64,000 nt of DNA. Source: Clostridiales bacterium. GTDB lineage: Bacteria; Bacillota; Clostridia; Oscillospirales; CAG-272. The notes under the pieces are model-generated. The model was not told the origin of the DNA and searched no databases. It was given only the letters and a program-made list of their open reading frames with translations. The translations under genes were made by a program, and so were the position numbers. Numbering within the stretch: position 1 is the first letter of the stretch; the number at the start of each line of letters is the position of its first letter. Below, one piece after another: positions 32,358 to 41,075 of the stretch. The stretch is taken from positions 23,902-87,901 of the forward strand of contig DUUJ01000123.1 of NCBI GenBank assembly GCA_012841635.1, given 5' to 3'.

Positions 32358-33122
32358 ATGCTGAAATTCCTTAAAGAAAACAGCTACGGCATCTTTAAAA
32401 TGTTCCTTATACAAATAGGCATGACCGTTTTCGGGCTCATGCTCGCCATGGCGACCGTTTCGTCAAAATCTCTGCTTCTTGCCGGCGGAATCTTTGCGAT
32501 ACTCTTCTATATGTATTTGTTATACTCAATGGTATGGGAAGCCGGAGCCAAAGACAAGATTCGCATCGAACACCGAAATGCCGAACCGCAGCCCTGGAAG
32601 GGCTTTGCAATGAGTCTTGTTGCAAATATACCGAATATCCTGCTCGCGGTTCTCATAGTAATATCTTTTTATAATATCCCAAAATTTGCCTCCGGGGAAA
32701 TCACTCCGACTCAGCTCTCGAGCGGTGTGATGGCCGCCGAATCCGTCTCTGCCATTCAAAATGATTCGGATACAGCGGCAGACGGAGAGGCCGATACCGA
32801 TAAAACTCCGGATCCTGAAGTTCAAAGTGAAGCCAATTCAAGGGCATACGAAGAATTCATCGCCGGAACTCCCGAATGGGCGCTTAACTTATATCAGATA
32901 AGTTCGGCTATTTTCGGCTTTCTTAACGGAATGTATACCGGAATAATCGTCATTATTTCACCGGATAATCCGCTGATTAAACTCGCTGCCGCGCTGCCGG
33001 CTGTGCTGGTAAGCGGATTCGGATATTTGATCGGAACCACCGGCAAGAACATTTTTCCTCAGTTAAGGGCGAAGAAGCCGGAAAAAACCGAAAAGGCATG
33101 GGGCAACAATCTTAAAGATTAA
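32358..33122 (+). CDS. hypothetical polytopic membrane protein with an acidic central loop
   Basis: 254 aa. Hydrophobic segments flank the loop DSDTAADGEADTDKTPDPEVQSE. I recognise no family. Confidence 0.6.
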   Translation: MLKFLKENSYGIFKMFLIQIGMTVFGLMLAMATVSSKSLLLAGGIFAILFYMYLLYSMVWEAGAKDKIRIEHRNAEPQPWKGFAMSLVANIPNILLAVLIVISFYNIPKFASGEITPTQLSSGVMAAESVSAIQNDSDTAADGEADTDKTPDPEVQSEANSRAYEEFIAGTPEWALNLYQISSAIFGFLNGMYTGIIVIISPDNPLIKLAAALPAVLVSGFGYLIGTTGKNIFPQLRAKKPEKTEKAWGNNLKD

Positions 33123-33143
33123 TATAAGTCTGAGGGAAACCTG

Positions 33144-34574
33144 ATGAAGGGTAACAAAAAAAATTATACCTGCGAGGAATGCGGTTACCGGTCAACAAAA
33201 TGGCTGGGCAAATGCCCGACCTGCGGGTCATGGAACTCCTTCGACGAAGAAGGCGAAACAGTCGAACCGGCTTCAAAAGCCGGTCCCTCTGTTTTGAGGA
33301 GACAATCCAAAACACTCCCTGCAGAAAGACAGGCGCTGCGATACAGCGAGCTGACCATTCCCGAATACATGAGAACTTCCACCGGGATGGGCGAGCTTGA
33401 CCGCGTTCTCGGCGGGGGACTTGTGACCGGTTCCGTCGTTCTGCTTGCGGGTGAGCCGGGAATCGGCAAATCAACGCTGCTGACTCAGATATGCGGCAGC
33501 ATAGGCAGCGGCGGCAAGCGCATTCTCTACGTTTCCGGAGAGGAGTCGCGGAGTCAGCTTAAGCTAAGGGCTCAGCGCATAGGACTCGGAGATGTCGATA
33601 TGTATGTCCTCACCGAATGCGATATCGGCGGGATTATTTCGGAAGCCGAGAGAATAAAGCCCGATATTATCATTGTCGACTCGATCCAGGCAGTATACTC
33701 TGATGCTGTTTCGTCTGCGCCGGGTTCGGTCAGTCAGGTGCGAGAAACCGCGATGCTGCTTATCGAAACCGCAAAATCAAACGATATTTCGGTTATCATC
33801 GTAGGACATGTAAATAAAGAGGGCGGTATTGCCGGACCGAAGGTGCTTGAGCATATGGTAGACTGTGTGCTTTACTTTGAGGGTGACCGTCATTCGTCTT
33901 ACAGGATAATACGGGCGCAGAAGAATCGTTTCGGCTCGGTTTCCGAAATAGGCGTCTTCGAGATGGAGGAAAGCGGGCTTTGCGAGATTCCGAATCCCTC
34001 CGAAATGCTTATGGCGGACAGACCCAAAGGCGCTTCGGGAAACTGCGCGGTAAGCATAATGGAAGGCACCCGTCCGCTGCTTGCAGAGATTCAGGCTTTG
34101 GCTGCGCCGACAACTTTCCCTTCTCCTCGCCGGACAGCCGACGGAGTTGACTACAACCGTCTGTGTCTTATATTGGCGGTGCTCGAAAAACGGCTCGGAC
34201 TTAAGTTCAGCACAACCGATGTTTATATGAATGTTGTAGGCGGACTCCGGATAGACGAAACGGCGATTGACCTCGGAATGGCGCTGGCTTTGATATCCTC
34301 TTACCGCGACCTTGTCGTTCCGGAGGACCTTGTCTGCATCGGGGAAATCGGTCTTTCCGGCGAATGCCGGGCGGTTTCTGATATAACCCCGAGAGTCAAC
34401 GAAGCCGTGAAGCTGGGGTTCCGTACAATAGTATTGCCGTCAAGGAATGTAAAGAAGCTTGCCGCTATCGACGGAGTTCGTATAGTCCCCGTATCAAGCA
34501 TCTATTCGATGCTTTCGACAAAAGGAATCCTTATAAAGCGAAGCGATGAAAATACCGGCACGCCGAACACATGA
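33144..34574 (+). CDS. radA: DNA repair protein RadA/Sms
   Basis: Zinc finger CEECGYRSTKWLGKCPTCGSW, Walker A GEPGIGKST, the KNRFG motif, and a Lon-like C-terminal domain. Confidence 0.94.
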   Translation: MKGNKKNYTCEECGYRSTKWLGKCPTCGSWNSFDEEGETVEPASKAGPSVLRRQSKTLPAERQALRYSELTIPEYMRTSTGMGELDRVLGGGLVTGSVVLLAGEPGIGKSTLLTQICGSIGSGGKRILYVSGEESRSQLKLRAQRIGLGDVDMYVLTECDIGGIISEAERIKPDIIIVDSIQAVYSDAVSSAPGSVSQVRETAMLLIETAKSNDISVIIVGHVNKEGGIAGPKVLEHMVDCVLYFEGDRHSSYRIIRAQKNRFGSVSEIGVFEMEESGLCEIPNPSEMLMADRPKGASGNCAVSIMEGTRPLLAEIQALAAPTTFPSPRRTADGVDYNRLCLILAVLEKRLGLKFSTTDVYMNVVGGLRIDETAIDLGMALALISSYRDLVVPEDLVCIGEIGLSGECRAVSDITPRVNEAVKLGFRTIVLPSRNVKKLAAIDGVRIVPVSSIYSMLSTKGILIKRSDENTGTPNT

Positions 34575-34687
34575 TATAAAATAATAACATAATTTTGTAT
34601 AATTGTCAAGTAATAATTACCCCTTCATTTTAAAACAATTCCCCTTTTTACGGCTTTTTTCCGAAACAAAAAGGAATTATCCCTTAT

Positions 34688-36451
34688 ATGCTTCACAGAA
34701 AAATAATAAATAAATATATAACAGCCGGTTTAATCGCGGTTTTGATCGGTTCTCTTTTATCGGCTATATCCCCGGTTTATGCCGACGTCGGAATCGAAGG
34801 CATCAGCGCCGAATTTACCGTTAATGTAAGTCCAGACGGCAGCGTCCGAATAAAAGAAAACAGAAACTACCTCTTCAGCGGAGACGAATGCACCCGCATC
34901 GGAAGGTTTTACGACTTATCAAAATATGAGCCGAATAATATTTCCGTCTTTCTTGATTCACAGCCCTGCCCGGTATACGGCGAAGAATCCGACAAAATCC
35001 CCGGCACGGCTTCGGTTTTTGAAGACGGAGGTTATCTTTTCGTTGATGTGTATATGTCAAAGCAGGACGAGAACGGAACCGTTACAATTGAATATCATGC
35101 AGATAATTTCGCAGAGCTTCATACCGACTGCGCGGAGATTAATTTATCGGCAATCGCTAACGAATGCACCGGTTTTGAATCGGTTTCGATAAACATTTTT
35201 CTTCCTCCCGGAGCGAGAAGCGATGACATAATCATCTGGCCGCACGGTCCTTCCGGTACCAAAGTTATAAAATTCAGCGGCTCCGAGATCGGTATAAAAG
35301 CGGAAAATATTTCGATTAATGACAGTATAGAACCGAGAATATTGACTCCTGTTTCCCTTTTCGGCGGCGGCAGGAGCGTGCCGGGTGATTTTATAGAGAA
35401 AATCAAAGAGGAAGAAGCAAAATACGTTTATCCCTCCGGAAACAAAACGACTGACAGCATTTTTTCACTGCTGACTCCGCTTATTGCGGTTACCGTTCTG
35501 CTGCTCTTCTCTCCGCTGCTTTCGAAGCTTGTAAAACACGCTTTTGTTAAACCATACAGGATCGGAAGACATGTCAAAAGACCCGAAAAACCGCCGATGT
35601 ATTCAAAAAACGTTGGCAGCAACATCGACTGTTTCAAAGCGGCGCAGCTGATCTGCCGCTTCCCGGAATACGGGGAGATTTCCGGTGATAAACGCAGTAT
35701 AGGCTTCGTTTCCTCGCGAAAGCGGCTTATTGCGTGCGCAGTTGCCGAGCTTATATCATCTGGTGCGGTTGACGTAACCGAAAACGGCGCCGAGGTGAAG
35801 GCGACAGATAAGGTTCAGAAATGGCTCCTGCCCGTTTGCCGAATTATAGGCGAAGCGGAAAACGGCGAGCTTAAGAACCTTCGCGGAGAGCAGAGGGATA
35901 TTGCCCGCGATGCACTGAATGATTTTTACAGCCGCTGCGATAAAGACTTTGAAAGCTCGGAGCTGACCGAAAAACATTCCTATATTCAAAAAAGCATCAA
36001 GGCTTCGATAATATCATATATTGCCGCGGCGGTTCTGCCGGCGGCGGGACTGCTTGTCTTATACCTTTTGAATCGGGATGCAAGCGTTCTTATATATTCT
36101 GCCGTATGGGTTGAGATAATCGCCGTATATCATATATTCCGCCGTGCAATGAGCTTTGAGCTTGTTACACTCAGCGAAAGCGGTGTTGATTCCCTGCTTC
36201 GCTGCGGGGCGTTCGGAAGATATCTCACCGACTACGCACGGCAGGACGAAGCATCAATTGAAGACGCCGTGTCTAAATATCCTTATGCGGCAGCGCTCGG
36301 GCGGATGAAAGAACTTGCAGCTGCGGCCGAAAGTCTTGCCTCGACCGAAAAAGAAACGATTCCCGGAATTTTCAGCCGTAAAGTCAGAGACTATATCAGC
36401 GGCACCGCAAACGCCGCAGCTTTGATATGCGGTTATGGCGAACGATTTTAA
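34688..36451 (+). CDS. DUF2207-like membrane protein
   Basis: 587 aa. A signal/anchor is followed by an extracytoplasmic domain (DGSVRIKENRNYLFSG pattern) and then several TM segments. The family assignment is from memory only. Confidence 0.5.
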   Translation: MLHRKIINKYITAGLIAVLIGSLLSAISPVYADVGIEGISAEFTVNVSPDGSVRIKENRNYLFSGDECTRIGRFYDLSKYEPNNISVFLDSQPCPVYGEESDKIPGTASVFEDGGYLFVDVYMSKQDENGTVTIEYHADNFAELHTDCAEINLSAIANECTGFESVSINIFLPPGARSDDIIIWPHGPSGTKVIKFSGSEIGIKAENISINDSIEPRILTPVSLFGGGRSVPGDFIEKIKEEEAKYVYPSGNKTTDSIFSLLTPLIAVTVLLLFSPLLSKLVKHAFVKPYRIGRHVKRPEKPPMYSKNVGSNIDCFKAAQLICRFPEYGEISGDKRSIGFVSSRKRLIACAVAELISSGAVDVTENGAEVKATDKVQKWLLPVCRIIGEAENGELKNLRGEQRDIARDALNDFYSRCDKDFESSELTEKHSYIQKSIKASIISYIAAAVLPAAGLLVLYLLNRDASVLIYSAVWVEIIAVYHIFRRAMSFELVTLSESGVDSLLRCGAFGRYLTDYARQDEASIEDAVSKYPYAAALGRMKELAAAAESLASTEKETIPGIFSRKVRDYISGTANAAALICGYGERF

Positions 36452-36469
36452 TTCAACGGAGAAATCTAT

Positions 36470-37063
36470 ATGAATTTTCTTGAAAAGAGAATACTTGAGG
36501 AAGGCACGGTCGAACCGGGCGGTATCATCAAAGTCGACAGCTTTCTTAATCATAAGATGGATATCGGCCTGCTGAATGAGATCGGCGCTGAGTTCGGACG
36601 GCTTTTTGCCGAAGACCGGATAAACAAGATATTGACTGTCGAAGCATCGGGAATAGGGATTGCCTGCATTGCCGCTCAATATTTTAAAAATGAGAACGGC
36701 GAGATTCCTCCGGTCGTTTTTGCAAAGAAATCCCAGACGCTGAATCTCGGCGCGGACGTTTATCACGCAAAGGTTGAAAGCTATACTCATCAAAAAGAAA
36801 ACATAATTCGGATTTCGAAAAAATATCTTTCCTCCGGTGACCGCTGTCTCATAGTCGATGACTTTTTGGCAGCGGGAAATGCAGTTGTCGGTCTTTGCGA
36901 GATCATAAAACAAGCCGGCGCCGAATGTGCCGGTGTCGGTATCTGCATTGAAAAGGCTTTTCAGCCGGGAGGCAAGCGATTGCTTGACCTCGGAATCAAG
37001 CTGCGCTCTCTTGCGATAATACAGCTTGATGACAGCGGCGGGATTTATTTCGTGCGCCGTTAA
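36470..37063 (+). CDS. xpt: xanthine phosphoribosyltransferase
   Basis: MNFLEKRILEEGTVEPGGIIKVDSFLNHKMD is the canonical Xpt N-terminus. The PRPP loop is LIVDDFLAAGNA. Confidence 0.9.
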   Translation: MNFLEKRILEEGTVEPGGIIKVDSFLNHKMDIGLLNEIGAEFGRLFAEDRINKILTVEASGIGIACIAAQYFKNENGEIPPVVFAKKSQTLNLGADVYHAKVESYTHQKENIIRISKKYLSSGDRCLIVDDFLAAGNAVVGLCEIIKQAGAECAGVGICIEKAFQPGGKRLLDLGIKLRSLAIIQLDDSGGIYFVRR

Positions 37064-37073
37064 CAATAAATAT

Positions 37074-37111
37074 AAACAGCTGCGGCAGAATAATGTTTGC
37101 CGCAGCTGTTT
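37074..37111. terminator. bidirectional intrinsic terminator between xpt and the GH99-like gene
   Basis: Perfect 14-bp stem AAACAGCTGCGGCA / TGCCGCAGCTGTTT with a 10-nt loop. Confidence 0.8.
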
Positions 37112-37113
37112 AT

Positions 37114-38220
37114 TTAACAGAATACCGACTTCACGGCTTCAAGATATCCGTAGCCGTAAATGTTGTCCGGCTGCAGGTAACTTGTCTCCGTCCATTCGTT
37201 CCAGCTGTTTATCGTTATCAGCGGAACAGGAAGCGAACCCCGGTGTCCGTCGACATAATCTTTTGCCAGAAGCAGCGCTTCTTTTACCGCTTCCGGGGTG
37301 TTGTTTTTGACAACTCCGGGAATATACATTTTAAAGCGCGGATTGGTATCCCAGCCGAGAGAAATGTGAGGAAAATAAGGCGCATCGTAAAGACCGGCGA
37401 ATTTGTCCCATGCCGAAACAGCGTCTGAGACTATTTCCCGGTAATCCCTGTCCATATTAAGAAAATGACAGAACTGGTAGTTTGTCAGGCTTGCAAAACC
37501 CAGATTTGCGAATGTTTCCCGGTCAAGCAGGACTTCGCCTCCGGTAGTTTTAATGGTATTGTGAATTGTTCTGTATTTGGCAAGCTGCAGATGAAGACCT
37601 CCGAGTCCCGCTTTAACCGCTTTTTCGCGGAAACGATCTATGGCTCTTGCGGTATTCTCGATATCCCCGAAGCTGTAAACGAGGTTTTGGAGGTCATAAA
37701 TCATAAAGACCGACTCGCCGTCGATTTTGTAATAGTTGTCGCGGATGAAATAATCTTTTATCAGCCGATCGCAGATAATATCGAAATCAGCTTCGCTGAC
37801 TCTTCCCCGCCAGATTACCGGCGCGTCCCATGAGGCGGTCGGTTTATGCCACAATGAAGTTGCGTCGTGGTTTGCCCACATGAGGTAGAACTTCATCCGG
37901 CCGTTGTTCTTCGCCTTTAAGAAACCGTTATTGAGACACTGCTCGAGGAAAGGTCTGCCGTCAAACCAATACCAGTCATAAATGAAGGTGTTTACCCCAT
38001 GGTCTGCCGCGGCTGATATCTGCATTTCCATAACATACGGATCCGCTTCGTTTACATAGCCCCAAAGCGGCTTTCTCGGCCATTGATGACCTTCGTATTT
38101 TGCAGCGGCAGACTTTACCGTCTGCCATTCGCCGTATCCTTCCTCCCAAAATATCCGGGTTCTCGGCTCATCGCCGGTATAAGAAGGCCAGACATATGCT
38201 GCGATATCGTATTTTGACAT
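37114..38220 (-). CDS. glycoside hydrolase family 99-like / WbsX-domain protein
   Basis: ORF 37114..38292 trimmed to ATG 38220, which has a GGAGC SD. The N-terminus MSKYDIAAYVWPSYTGDEPRTRIFWEEGYGEWQTVKSA...GHQWPRKPLWGYV matches the WbsX/GH99-like pattern. There is no signal peptide. Confidence 0.7.
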   Translation of the reverse strand: MSKYDIAAYVWPSYTGDEPRTRIFWEEGYGEWQTVKSAAAKYEGHQWPRKPLWGYVNEADPYVMEMQISAAADHGVNTFIYDWYWFDGRPFLEQCLNNGFLKAKNNGRMKFYLMWANHDATSLWHKPTASWDAPVIWRGRVSEADFDIICDRLIKDYFIRDNYYKIDGESVFMIYDLQNLVYSFGDIENTARAIDRFREKAVKAGLGGLHLQLAKYRTIHNTIKTTGGEVLLDRETFANLGFASLTNYQFCHFLNMDRDYREIVSDAVSAWDKFAGLYDAPYFPHISLGWDTNPRFKMYIPGVVKNNTPEAVKEALLLAKDYVDGHRGSLPVPLITINSWNEWTETSYLQPDNIYGYGYLEAVKSVFC

Positions 38221-38387
38221 TTTTAGCTCCTTATCATTAATCAAAGCGGAAATTAACCGAAGATAACCGATATTAATATACCATCTGAACACCGAATTGT
38301 CAAGAGGCGCAAATAAAATGACTGATCTGCGGAGAGCCCTTTTACCGGATTAATTTGTTTCAGTCATAGTATATTCAAAATATAACG

Positions 38388-38416
38388 TTGACAAATTTTA
38401 CGTTTTAGGGTATAAT
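38388..38416 (+). promoter_or_regulatory. consensus sigma-70 promoter for the yicC-remA-gmk-rpoZ block
   Basis: Exactly TTGACA, 17 nt, TATAAT, about 78 nt before ATG 38495. Confidence 0.6.
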
Positions 38417-38494
38417 TTATGGTAGGTAATTGTGTGAATCAGGCTCTTTGCCATATGACACAAAACCTCAATTTTTAATTGACGAGGAAAAGCA

Positions 38495-39382
38495 ATGACT
38501 GCGAGCATGACTGCTTTCGGCCGCGCACAGAAGACTTTTGAAGACAAGGTGATAACGGTTGAGATCCGTTCCGTCAACAACCGTTATTTCGATTGTTCAA
38601 CCCGTCTGCCGCGGCTGTTCGGTTTTCTTGAGGAGAAAATCCGCCCGTATATCCAGTCGCGGAAAATAAGCCGCGGAAAGATTGATGTTTCGGTAAACGT
38701 GGATTTGATCGGTACCGTCGGTACCGAAGTCAGGCTTGACGATATTTACACCAAAAGCTACATTGATGCGCTTAAAAAGCTGCGGGATGAATTCTCACTG
38801 CAAGATGATATCTCAGTTATGACCGTCGCAGCAAACCGCGATTTGTTCCTTACCCATAAGCCGGACGAAGACACCGAACGGGTCTGGGATGAGGTGCGCA
38901 GCACCGTTGACGAGGCGCTTGACGTCTTCATCGACGCAAGACTCGCCGAAGGCAAAAACCTCAAAGCGGACATACTGGCGAAACGCGACCGGCTCATAGA
39001 AATGAAAAACCGTGTAGGAGAGCTTTCCGAAAAAAGTATCGGCGATTACCGCACAAAGCTTGAAACCCGGCTTCGCACCGTCCTCGAAGACCTCAGTCTG
39101 GAGTTTGATTCGCAAAGAATTCTGACCGAGTGCGCCTTATTCGCCGATAAAGTATCGGTAGACGAAGAGCTTGTAAGGCTCGACAGCCACTTCAAAGCGA
39201 TGGACGGAATATTCGCCGCTTCGGAACCCTGCGGCAGAAAGCTTGATTTCCTGGTGCAGGAAATGAACCGCGAGATAAACACGATCGGCTCAAAATGCAG
39301 CGATGTCGAAATAACCTCAATCGTCGTTGACATGAAAAACGAGCTTGAAAAAATCCGCGAACAGATACAGAATATCGAATAA
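38495..39382 (+). CDS. yicC: YicC/YloC family protein
   Basis: 295 aa. It begins MTASMTAFGRA and ends with the C-terminal EMNREINTIGSK block. It occupies the conserved position ahead of remA-gmk. Confidence 0.88.
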   Translation: MTASMTAFGRAQKTFEDKVITVEIRSVNNRYFDCSTRLPRLFGFLEEKIRPYIQSRKISRGKIDVSVNVDLIGTVGTEVRLDDIYTKSYIDALKKLRDEFSLQDDISVMTVAANRDLFLTHKPDEDTERVWDEVRSTVDEALDVFIDARLAEGKNLKADILAKRDRLIEMKNRVGELSEKSIGDYRTKLETRLRTVLEDLSLEFDSQRILTECALFADKVSVDEELVRLDSHFKAMDGIFAASEPCGRKLDFLVQEMNREINTIGSKCSDVEITSIVVDMKNELEKIREQIQNIE

Positions 39383-39383
39383 A

Positions 39384-39662
39384 ATGAGATTTATCAATAT
39401 CGGATTCGGAAACCGAGTATGTGACGAACGCATAGTGGCGCTTATGAGCCCCGATTCGTCACCGGTCAAACGCCTTGTCTCCGAAGCTAAGGAATCAGCC
39501 CGCGTCATTGACGCCACCTGCGGCCGAAAGACCCGAACGGTTATTATCACCGACTCGGAACATGTGATTCTCTCCGCCGTAAAGATTGATACCGTATCAG
39601 CCCGTCTCAACGGAACCGGCGAAGAGCTTCCGGATGAAGATGCTCAGGACGCTCAGGTTTAA
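39384..39662 (+). CDS. remA: RemA/YlzA (DUF370) regulator
   Basis: ORF 39345..39662 trimmed to ATG 39384. The sequence MRFINIGFGNRVCDERIVALMSPDSSPVKRLV...KTRTVIITDSEHVILSAV is the canonical RemA sequence. Confidence 0.88.
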   Translation: MRFINIGFGNRVCDERIVALMSPDSSPVKRLVSEAKESARVIDATCGRKTRTVIITDSEHVILSAVKIDTVSARLNGTGEELPDEDAQDAQV

Positions 39663-39719
39663 CGAATGTATCTATAAATAAGATTTATAATATTGTCAGA
39701 TTGAGAGGATATCATCGGT

Positions 39720-40391
39720 ATGATTTGCTGCGAAAACTGTCCCCGAGGTCAGCTTATTGTTATTTCCGGTCCGTCCGGGGTCGGTAAAGGCACGGTCGTC
39801 TCGCTGATATTGGAATCATACGACGGTTTTACAAGATCAAAATCGCTGACGACACGGCCGAGACGCGACCGCGACCCGAATGATACAAAATATGAGTTCT
39901 GCGACAAGGCTACTTTCAACAAACGCTTTGAAGACGGCGATATTCTTGAACGCACCGAATACGGCGGAAATTATTACGGCACCATCCGCTCGGAACTTGA
40001 AAAAGGCGTTGCGGAAGGCAAAAACGTTTTGCTGGAAATAGATGTAAACGGAGCTTTACAGATTAAAAAATTATACCCGTATGCAATTCTTATCTGCCTT
40101 CTTCCCGATAAATTTTCCGACCTTATCACCCGGCTTCGTACCCGCGGGACCGAAGACCCCGAAAATATGAAAATCAGACTTGATGAAGCAAAAAAGGAAA
40201 TAACCTATTTTCATGAGTTCGATTATGTAGTTGTTAACAGCAGCGGCAAAGCCGCTCAGGCCGCCGATGAAATCGTCGGCATCGTCCATGCCGACAGTCT
40301 GCGCACCGCCCGTCACGGCGAGTTTTACAAAGAACTGCTTGCCAGTCTTAACTCCGCGGAAAGCTCCTGTCCGTCCTCCTCCGATAATTAA
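39720..40391 (+). CDS. gmk: guanylate kinase
   Basis: P-loop ISGPSGVGKGT plus the blocks TTRPRR, YEF and ERTEYGGNYYGT. Confidence 0.92.
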   Translation: MICCENCPRGQLIVISGPSGVGKGTVVSLILESYDGFTRSKSLTTRPRRDRDPNDTKYEFCDKATFNKRFEDGDILERTEYGGNYYGTIRSELEKGVAEGKNVLLEIDVNGALQIKKLYPYAILICLLPDKFSDLITRLRTRGTEDPENMKIRLDEAKKEITYFHEFDYVVVNSSGKAAQAADEIVGIVHADSLRTARHGEFYKELLASLNSAESSCPSSSDN

Positions 40392-40430
40392 AAACAAAAA
40401 AAGATATACAGCACAAGGAAGCAAGATATT

Positions 40431-41075
40431 ATGATTTATCCGCCTATTGAAGAGCTTACCAACAACAAATACAATCGCTATATGCTTGTTATAGCGACGG
40501 CAAAATGCGCTCGCCTCGTGACCGATGAATATTGCGAACAGCGCGCCGTAGCCGAAAAGCTGCTTGAAAACAAGCAGACCGATAAATCTCTGGCTTCGAT
40601 GATCAAGCGTGAAATCAGAGATGAAAAAGCCGTAAAAACTGCCATCAACCGTCTTCACAAGGGCAGTTATCGGATAGTCGACGAATCGCTTGACATGGAA
40701 TATCAGGCGGAAAAGCTGCGCCTTGAAATGCTTGAAGAGGAAGAGGCAGAGCGTGTTGCCATCGAGCGCAAACAACGCGAAGACGACGCCCGCCGCGCTC
40801 AGCTTAAAGCTATAGCCGAGGCCCACGCAAACGATCCTGTCGAGGAAGAGGATGAAGACAGCGCTATCGACGCCGCTTTCGAGCTTAAAGCTCAGAGGCA
40901 GCTGAAGCGCCGCGCTCAGAATTCTGCCGCAGCCGAAAAAACCATCGTTAAAAATACAAAAGATGACAACTTCGATTCCGACGACGATTTCGAAGAAGAC
41001 GACAGTCTCGACAGCATCGACGATAATCTCGGAATCGATGACGAAATAGACGACGACAGTTCTTATGATGTCTGA
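40431..41075 (+). CDS. rpoZ: RNA polymerase omega subunit with a long charged C-terminal extension
   Basis: The N-terminal roughly 85 aa (MIYPPIEELTNNKYNRYMLVIATAKCARLV) resemble RpoZ, and the position after gmk is conserved. Residues from about 90 to 214 are KE-rich and then D-rich. Confidence 0.8.
   Translation: MIYPPIEELTNNKYNRYMLVIATAKCARLVTDEYCEQRAVAEKLLENKQTDKSLASMIKREIRDEKAVKTAINRLHKGSYRIVDESLDMEYQAEKLRLEMLEEEEAERVAIERKQREDDARRAQLKAIAEAHANDPVEEEDEDSAIDAAFELKAQRQLKRRAQNSAAAEKTIVKNTKDDNFDSDDDFEEDDSLDSIDDNLGIDDEIDDDSSYDV

Noticed and set aside
36254-37066. A 270-aa minus-strand ORF covering the whole xpt region.
   Set aside because: It is antisense to an unmistakable xpt gene and to the 3' end of the DUF2207 gene. 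Its sequence is low-information with no motifs and no SD. It is a typical shadow ORF.
40071-40826. A 251-aa minus-strand ORF across gmk and rpoZ. Similar long antisense ORFs lie at 8168-8761, 11394-11960, 12235-12939, 19153-19797, 21005-21592, 24908-25456, 42706-43347 and 43502-44035.
   Set aside because: All are antisense to confidently identified genes, and none has a recognisable domain or translation signal. I treat them as shadow ORFs.
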